Origin: Octopus vulgaris
Taxonomy: Eukaryota
DNA length: 64,000 nucleotides
Assembly: GCA_951406725.2 (NCBI GenBank)
Contig: OX597814.1
Location: 110,360,001-110,424,000, forward strand
Direction: 5' to 3'
Shown here: in pieces, positions 37,427 to 49,500 of the stretch
Layout of the letters: every line of letters begins with the position of its first letter
How positions within the stretch are numbered: the first letter of the stretch is position 1
Notes under the pieces: model-generated
Told to the model about the DNA's origin: nothing
Databases searched by the model: none
The model's input: the letters and a program-made list of their open reading frames with translations, nothing else
Translations under genes and position numbers: made by a program

Positions 37427-39130
37427 AACATTGCAGATTGAAATTCAATTTGTTTTTATTCCTGTTACAGTTTGGTTCTCTAATGGGTTTTTTTTTTTTT
37501 TTTACTATCTCTCTCTTCAAACTGTCGCTGTCGATAATTATATCATGTCACTTCAAAATATTCCTATGGGCAAAAATCTCACCACCTCATTTTTGTAATA
37601 TTTTTTGACTGTAAAATGTGTGTTTAAGTGTGTCTGTTGCAAATTTGTTTATCACTGCTTAATTATTTTACAAATTTCTCTACTGAAAATTATTTATGTT
37701 CATAATTTCCATAATGTAATGAATTATGTTTATTTTTTCCGTCATTACTATTATTATTTAATGAAGATTATTTTCCAAATGTAGCAGTGTTGTGATTCAC
37801 CAAACATTCGTAACGAGTAAATTTCTTATTTAGAGGGCTAGTCTAAATACTTTAAAGAAAACAAAAAAATTAGATGCTTTTTTTTTTTCCACCACCAAAT
37901 TGAGTTTTTAATAGACAAATTTTAGTGGATTTCTATTTTTTTGTTTAGAGGAATTATTGATTAGTATTTTGTTTGTTTTTATAAAATGAATTCTGTATTT
38001 GTTTTAGTCTAGTATTGTAATCATTAAAAAACAAAAAAAAAGACTTTCATTTCTCTGCCACCACATTTCATTTATGTCTGAGAGGCTTCTTTCTCTAATG
38101 TCAAATTAAACTGTGGTTTAAAATCAGTTTCTTTTAAATAAATCAGGTAATTAATATTCAGAAATAACTATTGAATTTTAAATGATCTGACATTAGTACA
38201 CAAGTGTCTTGAAGGTTAAGTTTCCAGGCAAGAGAAATTATTGTAAAATATATCATGTAAATACATTTGAGAAGCTTATGGTAATGTTCTTGTGATAAAT
38301 TTGTTTAAATGGAAATTTATAATTTCATATGCGCATACATGAGGGGGTTTTTGTTTCGTTTTTTTTTTTTTTCTCTCGACTAAAATATCTTCCCAATTTG
38401 GTTGAAGGTCAGAGCTGGAATCTGTACAGTTTTATCAACATTTTAAGCTTGATTGGTGCAAAAGAGTGAAAAAGTGAATTAAAATGTCAACATTTGTCAT
38501 TGGCAATCATTCAGATACAAAAATATATCATCAGTTTTCATTTTAAACTATATTTTTATGATTCAGACATTTTTTTAAAAGTCAGTGTTTAGAATTTTGG
38601 GAATCCAAATGGGAAAAATGGTCAAACTCGCTCACAAATTAAGAAAGTAAAAATGTGTTTCTGCAAAAAACCAAAAATATAAAAAAATTAAAAAGATGGC
38701 AGTGATCAGTTTCATTTTCTGTTGCCATGGTTGCATGTATTTTTATGAAACTCACCTGCATTTTTAATTATCTATACACACAAACATGCCTGTATGTGTA
38801 AGAGAGAGAGAGTGTATGTGTGTGAGTGACAGAATGAGAGGAAATTTGTACAGTGTCCCTAACATACACATTTTTTTATTATTTCAACTTATAAATGATC
38901 TAAAACCCTAATCTTTCCACAGTAAATAACAGAATGTTACTTGAAACAATTTATGAAATCTCAGTTGGGATTTTTTTTCTCATTTTTTTTTTTACATTGT
39001 CAAACTCAGCTCTAACTTTGTAAAAGTTCTGAGGCTTTATAAAAAGTAAAAATACAAAAAAAATCAAATGAAAAAAATTTGATTATATTTTTATGGTTAG
39101 AAAATAAATTCAATATTGTTTCTACACATG
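37427..39130 (+). other. Probable AU-rich 3' UTR; candidate poly(A) signals AATAAA 38137-38142 and 39103-39108
   Basis: Transposon-poor, T-rich sequence after the stop codon; true end not determinable. Confidence 0.4.
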
Positions 39131-39285
39131 TCCTTGGTTCCCCCATATAATTACTGAACATCACAGTACTGTTTGTAAATCTTACAGCATTATACTGGTT
39201 ATTTTATATGGTCAATTGTAAATTAACAGTTGTGTTAGACAAAACCCAGGCAGTTTTCCTTCAACAGATTTATGGCACAAATATA

Positions 39286-39337
39286 TCTGATCAAGAAAAA
39301 ACATTTAATTGTCTGATCAAGAAAAAACATTTAATTG
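39286..39337. repeat. Perfect 26-bp tandem duplication
   Basis: TCTGATCAAGAAAAAACATTTAATTG x2. Confidence 0.95.
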
Positions 39338-39801
39338 GTGTATCTAGCTTTGGCTGTTCCATTTCTATCATGGCTATTCTGATTTAAGACTTTAAAACAT
39401 TTTGAAGAATGTGTGGAGTTTGTTGGTTGCTACATCAAGCAGCTGAAATAAGTGTAAAAGCCATCTTGCTAGTTTAACTATCTATTCAATTAGCTGGCTA
39501 ATAGGCTTCAGAAACTAAACACAAATAGTTTCAATCATATTTGATGACAGCTAAAATGTTATTTACTCATCCTACTAATGTCAGGATGGAAGGTGGATGT
39601 TAAATAATGATAATGATGATCTATTGGCCATAGAAAACTCTAAAACACTTTCTCCTCCAAGTCAGTGAAGTTCAGTTCATAGTATACAAATTAACATTCA
39701 CTGTGAGGCCTTGCAGCAGTTGTAGGTTAGGAGTTACATTACTATTGCATTGCTTTGAACTATTGTTCAAGGTCATTAACAGTAACTGCAAATATTATTA
39801 T

Positions 39802-40037
39802 AGCAGCAAGCTGGCAGAATCATTAGCACACCAGGCAAAATGCTCAGCAGCATTTCGTCTATTCTTATGTTCTGAGTTCAAATTCCACCAAGCTCATCTT
39901 TGCCTTTCATCCTTTCAGGGTCAATAAATTAAGTACCAATGTAACACTGGGGGAGGTTGATGTAATCGGCTAGTCCCCTCCCCCACAAAATTTCAGGCCT
40001 TGTGCCTTTAGTAGAAAGGATTATTATTTATTATTAT
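39802..40037 (+). mobile_element. Full-length tRNA-derived SINE (family C)
   Basis: A-box-like CTGGCAGAATCATTAG, B box GAGTTCAAATTCC, core GCCTTTCATCCTTTC..GTCAATAAATTAAGTACC, (ATT)n tail; other copies near 250, 5480, 5630, 8550, 14220 (+) and 12900, 16690, 52410 (-). Confidence 0.85.
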
Positions 40038-40501
40038 ACAAACTTGTCCTGTTAACATCATTATATTTTATTGAAATCAAATTGAATATTTGATGACCAT
40101 TTGAATTTGGAATGATTTGATTAAACAGCCATAAAATTATATTAAGTTCCCAGAAAACTGTATTTACAACACAGATTCACTATATTAAAATGGTTTTCTT
40201 TTAACTTCTTTGTCCCTATAATTTCCAGCCACAGTCAGTAGCATGATGGCTATGCTGGGCTGACTGGTCCATGGCACATTTACATGAAGATAAAGACTAT
40301 GGTTGTGATCCAACAACACACTGATGGTTATAAGACATTTTAGTTTAATTTTTGGATAATGAACAGCTGTTAGAGCTAATAGTTAACTAGAATTGCTGAG
40401 TGGAAACTATAGCCTATAAAATTACTTTTTTTTTATGTAAAAGAAATATGGGTATATTATTAATAATTTCCTTAAATATTAGAATTATTGTTCAGCTAGA
40501 G

Positions 40502-40787
40502 CAGGAGTTGGCAAACCAGGGTAAATTACACCAAGTAGAGTAAAAATGAAATTCTTGTGGGTAATGAGGACTCATTAGACATAAGTAAAATTATATCAAA
40601 AATGTGTTCCTTGTTATGATAGAAATTTTTCTTCTGGCAACACTGCATCTGTCCAATGTAATGGGCATGTAAATAGATTCAATAAACCTTTTGAATTCAA
40701 AGAATCTATGACCTTCTATCATTCAAATCAAAGGGGTAACATCGGCATAAATATATTTTGGGTTAATTGGTTAAAAAATGTTCCCTG
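40502..40787. mobile_element. hAT (Charlie-like) MITE
   Basis: Left end CAGGAGTTGGCAAAC, right end ..CCCTG, perfect 8-bp TSD AGCTAGAG (40494-40501, 40788-40795). Confidence 0.8.
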
Positions 40788-42125
40788 AGCTAGAGAATGA
40801 AATAAGGAAATATGACAGATAAATCAAATATGATGTTTAATAGAGAATGTTGAGAGAACACACAATAAAAATGGTAACTAAGAAACTGTTTCATAGGGAA
40901 ATGTATTTCAACACACCTAAAGTTTTAGGTATCGGACTATTGAAAATTCTGGTAAAGCAGTGGACACAAGGATGGAGTTACAAATGTCAAAATGTGTGTC
41001 AAATAAGAAATACCGCCAATAACCAGTCAAGAGAGCCTCTCTAGGGTTACCCAACTTGCAAGAAATAAAAGTGAAATCTCACATTGTGCTTGAAAAAAAT
41101 GATGGGATGGTCATGTTTGGAGCAACTTGATCATAAACCTGAATCTTTTCTTGTCCAACCATGACTGGGAATAAACAACTTTCATATAAACCACACTTTG
41201 CTTAGTGTTTAGAATGCCATCCTTAATTTGCCACTCAACTATTTCTCTTTTGTTTTATAAAATAAAAACATGGCTGTCCATACCGAAGTGAAGATTTCTA
41301 TGTTCAAATAACCAATTTTATGACATTTTGTAATAAAGTTTAAATAACTAGATATTGCCTTAAATGGCTTTGATCAATGGAAACAAATTATAGAAGCAAT
41401 TTTTAACTGTGGCCATAAACACATCATTTTTGTATTTCATTTTGGTTCTTTTTTTTTTTAATTAACAATATCATTCCTATTTAAAGATTTTCTGAAATAC
41501 TTTCTAATCTTATAAAACAAGTTAAGTAGAGTTATAAATATTTCACTATGTTTGTATAGTGTTCTGTATTTACTAATACATATAATAGTGGTTCGTTGTG
41601 ACTAAGTACAAAACAATGATGTTAATAAACAAAATTAAAGGTGACTGACCTAAGATAATCAATTGTAATCAAATTTTACAATTGATTAAATAGTTGGAAA
41701 TTCTTAACTTGATTAAGGTTTAAATATAGTTCAGTATACTATACAAGATAAATGGAGCTTAATGTGTTGTCAGAAGAAAGAAGTGACCTAGAGTTGAACT
41801 TCCTAAACCAAATCAGTCATTACAAATTCTATATTTTTTCTAACCACATTTTGTGTGTGCATGTATTGTGTCAAGAGGAAGTAAATGGTGTTTGTAATTT
41901 TATCTGTCAGAAAATAATCAAGAATTCCTTTTATAAATCATTTGTATTTCTGTACGTATGGTTGAGTTATGTAAACCGCTGTCTACTCTATGGAATTAAA
42001 GATTTGTTTGTTTTTTTTACGACCTTTCTTTTATGATTTAAAAAAAAAAACTTAATGTTTCATATTAAAATTTTTAGTAAAAACTGTAATAGCAAATTAA
42101 AACAAGTTATATATGTTGACAGTCC

Positions 42126-42184
42126 TTTACCCTTAGCTGGGCTACTCATAACGCTCAGTCATAAGTAGCCCAGCTAAGGTTGAA
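42126..42184. repeat. GC-rich hairpin, 16-bp perfect stem
   Basis: CCTTAGCTGGGCTACT (42131-42146) / AGTAGCCCAGCTAAGG (42164-42179). Confidence 0.9.
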
Positions 42185-44109
42185 ACGCAGAGCAGACTTA
42201 ACTCTGATATAATAAATATATATCCACCCTACCTAACATATTGAGTTCTATACCAAATAATGTTTGCACTATGTAAAATATATTATTGATATATTCTACT
42301 ATTGTTACATTATTACAACATTTAATGAAGATGGTTTGAATCTGTGTAATTTTTCTAGTTGTTAAAACCTAAATTAACTTCTATATCACTAGATTTATAA
42401 TCCACCAACAGGTTCTTTTGTGCCTGTAATTTTGGTATTTTCATATCTCAAATGAAAAATACGAATACATTAAAACACTTACTCAGTAGTTTTAGTGTAG
42501 ACTGTCAAAATCTACTTATTTTTCCTTTTTTTTTTTAATTACTTTCCTGATCTTTTAATGAGTTGATTGTATTGCAAAAGACAGCTGCCAAAGCTAAACA
42601 GAATAGTCTTGGGTTGTGTGGAAATCTCCTGATATCTGGGCTACTGCTGTTTTTCTAACAGAATTAAGTTGATTCTGTTGTGTTTGGTCTTCCTCAAATC
42701 AAGCTGTCTTGATGTTAGTGCCTCCAAACTCTACAATTGGTCATCAACTGTGCCAAGTTAAAAAAGTTAAAGATAAAAAAAAGCTGACCATCGAATCTTC
42801 ACTGACTTCTTTATTTTTATGTACCTGAGAGTGTCTAAACACATTTTTTATGATTATGTTATATTTAACTACAGCTTTGTATGGTGTCATTGTGTAGAAT
42901 GGTAGTTCTAGAGACATTCATTTCATTGTCTGCAATCATTATTGTAATTGGCTTAGTTGACAAAATCATAATAAAACCATGATGACCCAAGTGTCATTGC
43001 ATTCCTACAACTGAGACTGAGCAATAGCTTGTAACAAACAATGACTACCTTAGTAAGCACAGTGCTGTAATCCTTGTATCTTTTGAATTCAGATAAACAA
43101 GATTCTGCTGCTAACAGCAGGCAGGAAAAAACCTAAAACCCAGTTCTCTCACACATGCGTTATTTTCTACACTGACATCAAAAAACATATAGCCATGAAG
43201 TATAACAGCAATTAGCCACACTACATCTATAAAACTGCTCCAGTATGACACTCAAACAATATGTATCCCTAATATAAATACACTAACTTTATAAACACTC
43301 TTGACTCTTTTCTTACATCCAAATACAGCCTTTATGGCCTCTGTCCTATTGGTTACTCAAATGACCATTATTTAATCAAGACAACACACATTTGCATTGT
43401 ACAATATACCTTGTCTCTTCGAACCCTCTGATACTTCATGTCTGCTAGCTGTTGAAATTTCTCCAGTCTTGAACCAGTAACTCTTAGCCAAAACTATGCT
43501 TCACTTCTGGCCCTAAGTGGGAGACTAGATAAAGAGGGTTTCTACTAAATATGCAGCCACACCCTATTCATTAACACTTTAACCATATAACTCAGTCTGT
43601 AGCATTTGTTGCTGATAAAGCTACCTTATTTTTTACCCTCTGATTTTTAGTTCCAACATCCCACTGCAAACACACACTCACCCCCCCCCAAAAAAAAAAC
43701 TCTTCCCGATTACTACATTTTTCTCATGTTTCAACATACAACGTCCACACACACAGAACATGGAAATGTCAACAAGAGCCCTTTATGAGATCATTTGACC
43801 TGGATATAAATGGCAGCCAACTGTCCCTCAAATCACACCCTATCATCTCAAAATAGGACACATTGGATAATGTAGTCCAAAGTACACTATGCCTGAAAAA
43901 AAAAAAGGCTGAGACGGTCTTAACTAGGTACTGATATACCCTTGATCATAGGTCTTCTCAATCAGGGACAACTTAGTGCTAAACCACATCTCTGATTATT
44001 CTAACCCAATAAGTTGACTAGTCATGGTGGTGTTTCTTTAATTTCTCACAGTCAGTGACTTTCACTGTTAACTTTTCTATTCCCCAAACTCTTCAATATC
44101 TCTCTCTAT

Positions 44110-44450
44110 ACGTTATTTACATTTGACAGATATTTGTCCTCATCTTGTTGGTTATTAACACAGTGTTTTGGCTTATATACTCTCCAGCCTTCATCATAGG
44201 CATAGTGGCTAAGAGCACGGGCTACTAATCCCAAGATTCCAAGTTCGATTCTAGGCAGTGACCTGAATAATAATAACATCAAAAAATACCTTAGGAATGA
44301 GAACCCAGGTTCAAAATTTCCCCAAGACACCTGATGAAGGCTGGAGGGTATATCAGCCAAATCATTGTGTTAACAGCAAACAAGATGAGGACAAATATCT
44401 GTCAAATGTAAATAATGTACATAAATCCTCATCTCTTAAATATAGAACTG
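44110..44450 (+). mobile_element. tRNA-head + hammerhead-like non-autonomous retroelement with inverted partial copy (Penelope/retrozyme-like)
   Basis: Inverted copy 44110-44196 of 44332-44418; A box 44197-44208; B box GTTCGATTC 44243-44251; CTGATGA 44331-44337; 13-bp TSD TATCTCTCTCTAT / TATCTCTTTCTAT. Confidence 0.8.
44326..44371 (+). ncRNA. Type I minimal hammerhead ribozyme motif (mutated in this copy)
   Basis: Stem I GACAC/GTGTT, core CTGATGA, stem II GGCTG/CAGCC; GAAAC reads AAATC here but GAAAC in the copy at 17487-17491 and AAAAC in the inverted copy. Confidence 0.6.
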
Positions 44451-44949
44451 TATCTCTTTCTATTTCTCTCTCCAGGGTCTACTCCCAAACATGATGTATG
44501 TCCCATTCCTAAGAAAAACAACCTCTGGTTACTGTACTATCCTGTCACATTAAATTCCAATATCACAAAGATGGAGATAGTTGCCTTCAACGCCTTAAGT
44601 CTTTCTACCTTCTCATTTCCTACCACTGTGATTTCTGCAGAGCCAGATCTATAAGGGATTTGCTCAGTGAAACTAATAACATTTGCAAAATTATATGGTG
44701 TTCCACATAGTAATCTCTTAGCTAAGTTCCCCATCTCTCTTGTCAGACCAATTCTTTGCAATACTTGCTCATTGTATCAATCTGGTTACCACATTCTGTC
44801 ACAATTCAGTTATGTCTTCCACACTTTTGTACATTTCTGACCCACATGCTGTTACTTCTAACTATAGAACTATTGATGTTATTTCTAATTTCACATAGGC
44901 TTCATTCAAATGCCACACTAGATACACTGCCTCCATGAACAGAGACCTT

Positions 44950-45530
44950 AAAACCAACTTACTATCCTTCAATGTCATAAAACCACAATGACTATTCGCA
45001 GTCTTAGACTAAACCTTTCCGACACATGAACAACTAATAAAGCCTTCAAAGTTACTACAAAGTACAAGGCCATACAACCTCCGATCATTTCTCAGATCAA
45101 CTTCCTATAGTTAAAACTGCATCCCAAACATTAGGACAATTCTTCCTTCTCATGGTAAAAAAAAATATTCAGTTCTGACCAGTTGGTCATCTTCTACAAA
45201 GTTAAAATAAGACTCACATTGCGAAACTGCTCAGATATGTGACATGATGCTACTACTACATGCACAAATGTACGAGCCTGCACCCCCAAAGCAGGGAAAT
45301 ACTTGCTGAATAACTAGCATAACAGATGTGATGTTATTACTATGACCTGACTGTCTGAACTAACAAACTGCATACCCTTTCCACTTAACCTACCAGGCTG
45401 GTTTTATCTCTCTTCTTAGTCCCTACACAAATTCTCTACCAAACCACCCTACAGAATTTTGAACTACAACTGCCTCTATATTCATCAGCATTTTAATCTT
45501 TGTGGTCTTTCAAGGGTCATGAATTTTTCT
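44950..45530 (+). mobile_element. Ancient LINE ORF2 remnant
   Basis: LVIFYKVKIRLTLRNCS near 45183-45235 resembles the LYKxxIRPxLEYCS motif. Confidence 0.35.
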
Positions 45531-46439
45531 CCTTTTTCTCCTGCTATGACATGAACATCTGAATACAGCAATAATCAAATGACAATACGTCTTTGGCATA
45601 CTTATTTAATTGCTCTCTAAAGACTAGAAGAAAGATCAGCTTAGGTGTAAAGGAAAAAGAAAGAACTTGTACAGAACTAACTAATATATGGTATTACTGC
45701 TACTACACCGATATTTTGCCATCCCTTATTTGTGTGAGTGCATGTGTGTGTGTGTATATATATATATTCAGCAGTTTGTCAACCAAATTTCATTCAGAAT
45801 GTATCAGTTGACCTAAAGCTATATAGTAAGTACTTGCTGTGGTGGTGATCAGTGGGATCAAACCTGCATAGTGGTCAGTTAGACAAACTCCAAAGAAATA
45901 ACCAGTTCCTACACTCAAAATATATCACTGTTCACATTTGGCATAAGGCCACAGTGTATGTGTTAGAGGCAAAATGGCTGAGTAGATAAAGTATTGAGCC
46001 TAATGAGTTCAAATTTTATGCTGGTAATACTTTGTTTCCTAGCAGAGCACTTTATTCTACAATGCATTTGTTCACCAATTTGTCATAATCAATTCCAAGA
46101 TTAATGAGGGAATGTTTAGCTTCAGACTAGAGTTCAACAATTTTCCAGGTGCTCTTTGCTGATACCATTAACCTCTAGTTCTAATTACATCACTCAGACT
46201 TTTGTCACTGAGAAGATGTTTTCTTCAGCTACAAGAGATTTGTAATATATATATATTCCCAGTATATCCCTATCTGTATTTAAAATACAAGTCACATATA
46301 AAATATTATATTAAAGCTAAGAAAATACATTCTGAAATATCTGACTTCTACTATGTAGATGAATATCACATGATTGACCATACTGTTGGCTAGACAAACT
46401 CGCTAACATTTTCCTGATCGGAAAGTTATTCTGTCACAG

Positions 46440-46572
46440 GGTGACCCCATTTACAGCTGAGCAGTCTGGAGCGACATGAAATGAAGTGTTTCGCTCAAGA
46501 ACATATGTCGCTCAGTCTGGAAATCAAACCTACAATCTAGTGACCATGAATGCAACACCTGAACCACTAAGT
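46440..46572 (-). mobile_element. Old tRNA/CORE-like SINE (family G)
   Basis: ACATGAAATGAAGTGTTTCGCTCAAGAACA block also near 20290 and 59800 (-) and 50930 (+). Confidence 0.55.
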
Positions 46573-49500
46573 CATATAAATATACAAAAAGAAAATAAAA
46601 TTGTCCTCCCAAACCAATTTACAAACCATTTAAAAACATGAGCACTCTTTGGACTGACCACAACCTCTCAAATATAAAAATACATTTAAAATTCAAAGCA
46701 TTGATATCTGCAAGAAATATTTTATGTACAACTATAAGTATATCCTCTCTATACAAACTCCCAACAACATATCAGTCATACCCTTAAATGTTTTATGGGT
46801 TTGATTTAGGTGTTGCTTTCTAGGAATTTAGATAGGTGGCTTGACTATTACATGGCTACCTAGTGAGAATACTGACCCAACATTCAATTAGTAGTAATCA
46901 CACAAAGATATTTAAAACAAATACATCTATACGATACTAAAGTAACTTTTATAAGCTGATAAAGGAGCCTTTACATTGTTGCTCAACCTGCTAGAAATAG
47001 CAGCCAAATTTCCTTCAAAATTACAGACTCTTGTCTTGAAAAAGGAGGGCCATATTGAAACAGTATAGTCCTAAATACACTATGTATGAATACTAGATGA
47101 GATAGTCATGGCTGAAATGCCTTTGATCATACATCTGTTCTATCAGAGCTGACCTGGAGCTAAACGTGAAACAAGAAATTTACAACCAAATGAAATAATA
47201 TAAAGACAAGCACCAGACATTCATCCAAATTCGTACATGCAATAAACGCCAACATTTCTCCATCCCAATCAATCACACCATTATATATACACTAAGCACT
47301 ATAATCATCCCCTCGCAATGTGATGCAGCTTTCCACACATGATGCACATGCATCTTGTTGACTGCTGCATGTAAATTCAATTCAATAACTATTGATTTAC
47401 AAACACAATGAATCTGCACAATGAATCTGCACAGGACACTCCTGCTGAAGTGAGTAGAAGGGGTAGGACCAATAAGAGGGTGGGGGTTCAACTAGTACAT
47501 TAGCCAAAGGCTCAGAAAGCCTAGGGATGAAGGCCTGTGAATATCTGATTGGCTCCTTCCTTAACATGAAAAATCACAGCACTTCAGCCTGAAAGCAGTC
47601 TTGTTCTGCCTTGTAAAAATTTTCTCAGACATCCTGGGATAAGGGAAAGGAGTGGAATTCCCACAGCTCATTGCTGGGTGGGAAATGTTGAGGAGTTCAT
47701 TCAATTTTAAAAGACTTCTTGTCTCCAAAACTTGCATATTGCTGAAATTGTTTTGTTTTTTTTTTATAAATGACCAGAAAACTAATATGTTCAAGGCCTT
47801 GGATTTGCTAACAAGCTGATATAAATGTATGAACTTTGAAAAAAATGTTTTTGTTTTAAATATTAATAAATGCCCATATACAGGTGATAAAAGTTATTGA
47901 GGTGGTCAACAGAAAAGAAATACTCTGCCTGTACCAATTTTAGTTTCTGTTCATTACATTAGGTACATTAAGATTTTGTGGTAATCCGAGTTGATTTGTT
48001 GGGTTTTTTTTTTGTTTTTTGTTTTTTTTTACCTTTTGAAATACTGCATATACTAATAAATAATTTAGAGTAATTGTTTTGTCACTAATTTAGAAAGCAT
48101 ACTTCTATTAGTTGCACTGTCAATAACCTCATAATAAAGAGATCTAACGACTCAATACAAGCAAAAATATACCAAAATAGGTTATGACTAATTTTTATGT
48201 AGTAAAAGTTTCTTTTTAGCACTTCTGCTCAGATCTATTTTTATAGGCTTTATGTGTGAATGTGTGTGTGTATAATGTATGTATATATATGTATGTGTGT
48301 GTGTTTCCATTCTTACCTCATGCTAAGACAAAACAAAAAGAGTTGAATAAAATAACTCAGCTAATATGTTTCTTTGCCTTGATATTTTATCATTTATGGT
48401 TATGGTTACTGCAGTATATGTTTCTGTTGCCAAACTACATAGTTATTATAGCTAAAAGTTTGTAGAACAGCTTTTGACAATTTATATTTTTTATTTCTGG
48501 TAATATTGCTTAACTTTTTGTGAAGCTTGCCTGCTTGCATGCATACATATGCCTGTACACAAAATGTCTATTTTCATCTGTGGTTTTTAAAGAAGTATTT
48601 GATATATAAAATGTATCTGTCAATATATATGTATGAGACAGAGAGGGAACAACATTACACAACATACAACCTTTGTAATGTGTTGATATACAGGTCAGGA
48701 ACTATTCTTTTGTTCCAAGCTTTCAAGGATGAAAACATTTAATTGATCCTTGAATTGGCCTTACCTGAAATGTATATAATAACTGAGAATCACACTCCTT
48801 AATTGTCAATATTCATAAGATGCCTTTAAAGTAGTTTAAGGCATAATTAGTAGTTTACCTAAGCTACCTCAAGGAGTATATTCTCATTACATTATATGTG
48901 TGCATCTGTATTTTTCCTTCTTTTATAAATTGGAAAAAAAAGTATTTTCTTTCATTTAAATATATTTTTAACTTGCTTGTTCAGCTGAACTTTTCAAAAT
49001 GTTAATGGAATGACACTTTACTTTTAAATGACAATCAAAGAGTTTTCTATCTTCTTTTTTTTTTAATTACACAGCACCCACAATTAAACATTTTGATTAG
49101 AATTTTCATTCAATCCTTGCCTCTTAATACCTGTTTAAATTCCATCCATTCTATCACATTTTTTTAAACCATGTTTGGTATTGTACTCAAGACAAATTGA
49201 ATGCTGTCAATTCTTTTAATATTTCAATTGATCATATTTATACCCTTAGTTACCATTTTAGTGACTGATATTACAATTTTATTTAATATATGTAGTGAAA
49301 ACCTAGCAAAATCTTAATATATTTAACTAAAATATCTTTCAGAACTCTTGGCCAGTTATGTTTTCCTGTCAACACCAAACACTATTCAAGTTTATACACA
49401 CTAAACTAATTCTTATAAAAACTATTTGTTCTTCCACTTCCAGAGGGCTTCCACATGCTATTTTATTTAGATTTATCTCAGGAATGTCAAATAGTTACCT

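Noticed and set aside
39767-39775. TCAAGGTCA NR5 response element suggesting autoregulation
   Set aside because: A single 9-mer is plausible by chance in 64 kb; the reverse match near 36306 lies inside a SINE.
44197-44265. Functional tRNA gene
   Set aside because: Has A/B boxes and an anticodon-like arm but no acceptor stem or T-run terminator; it is a retroposon head.
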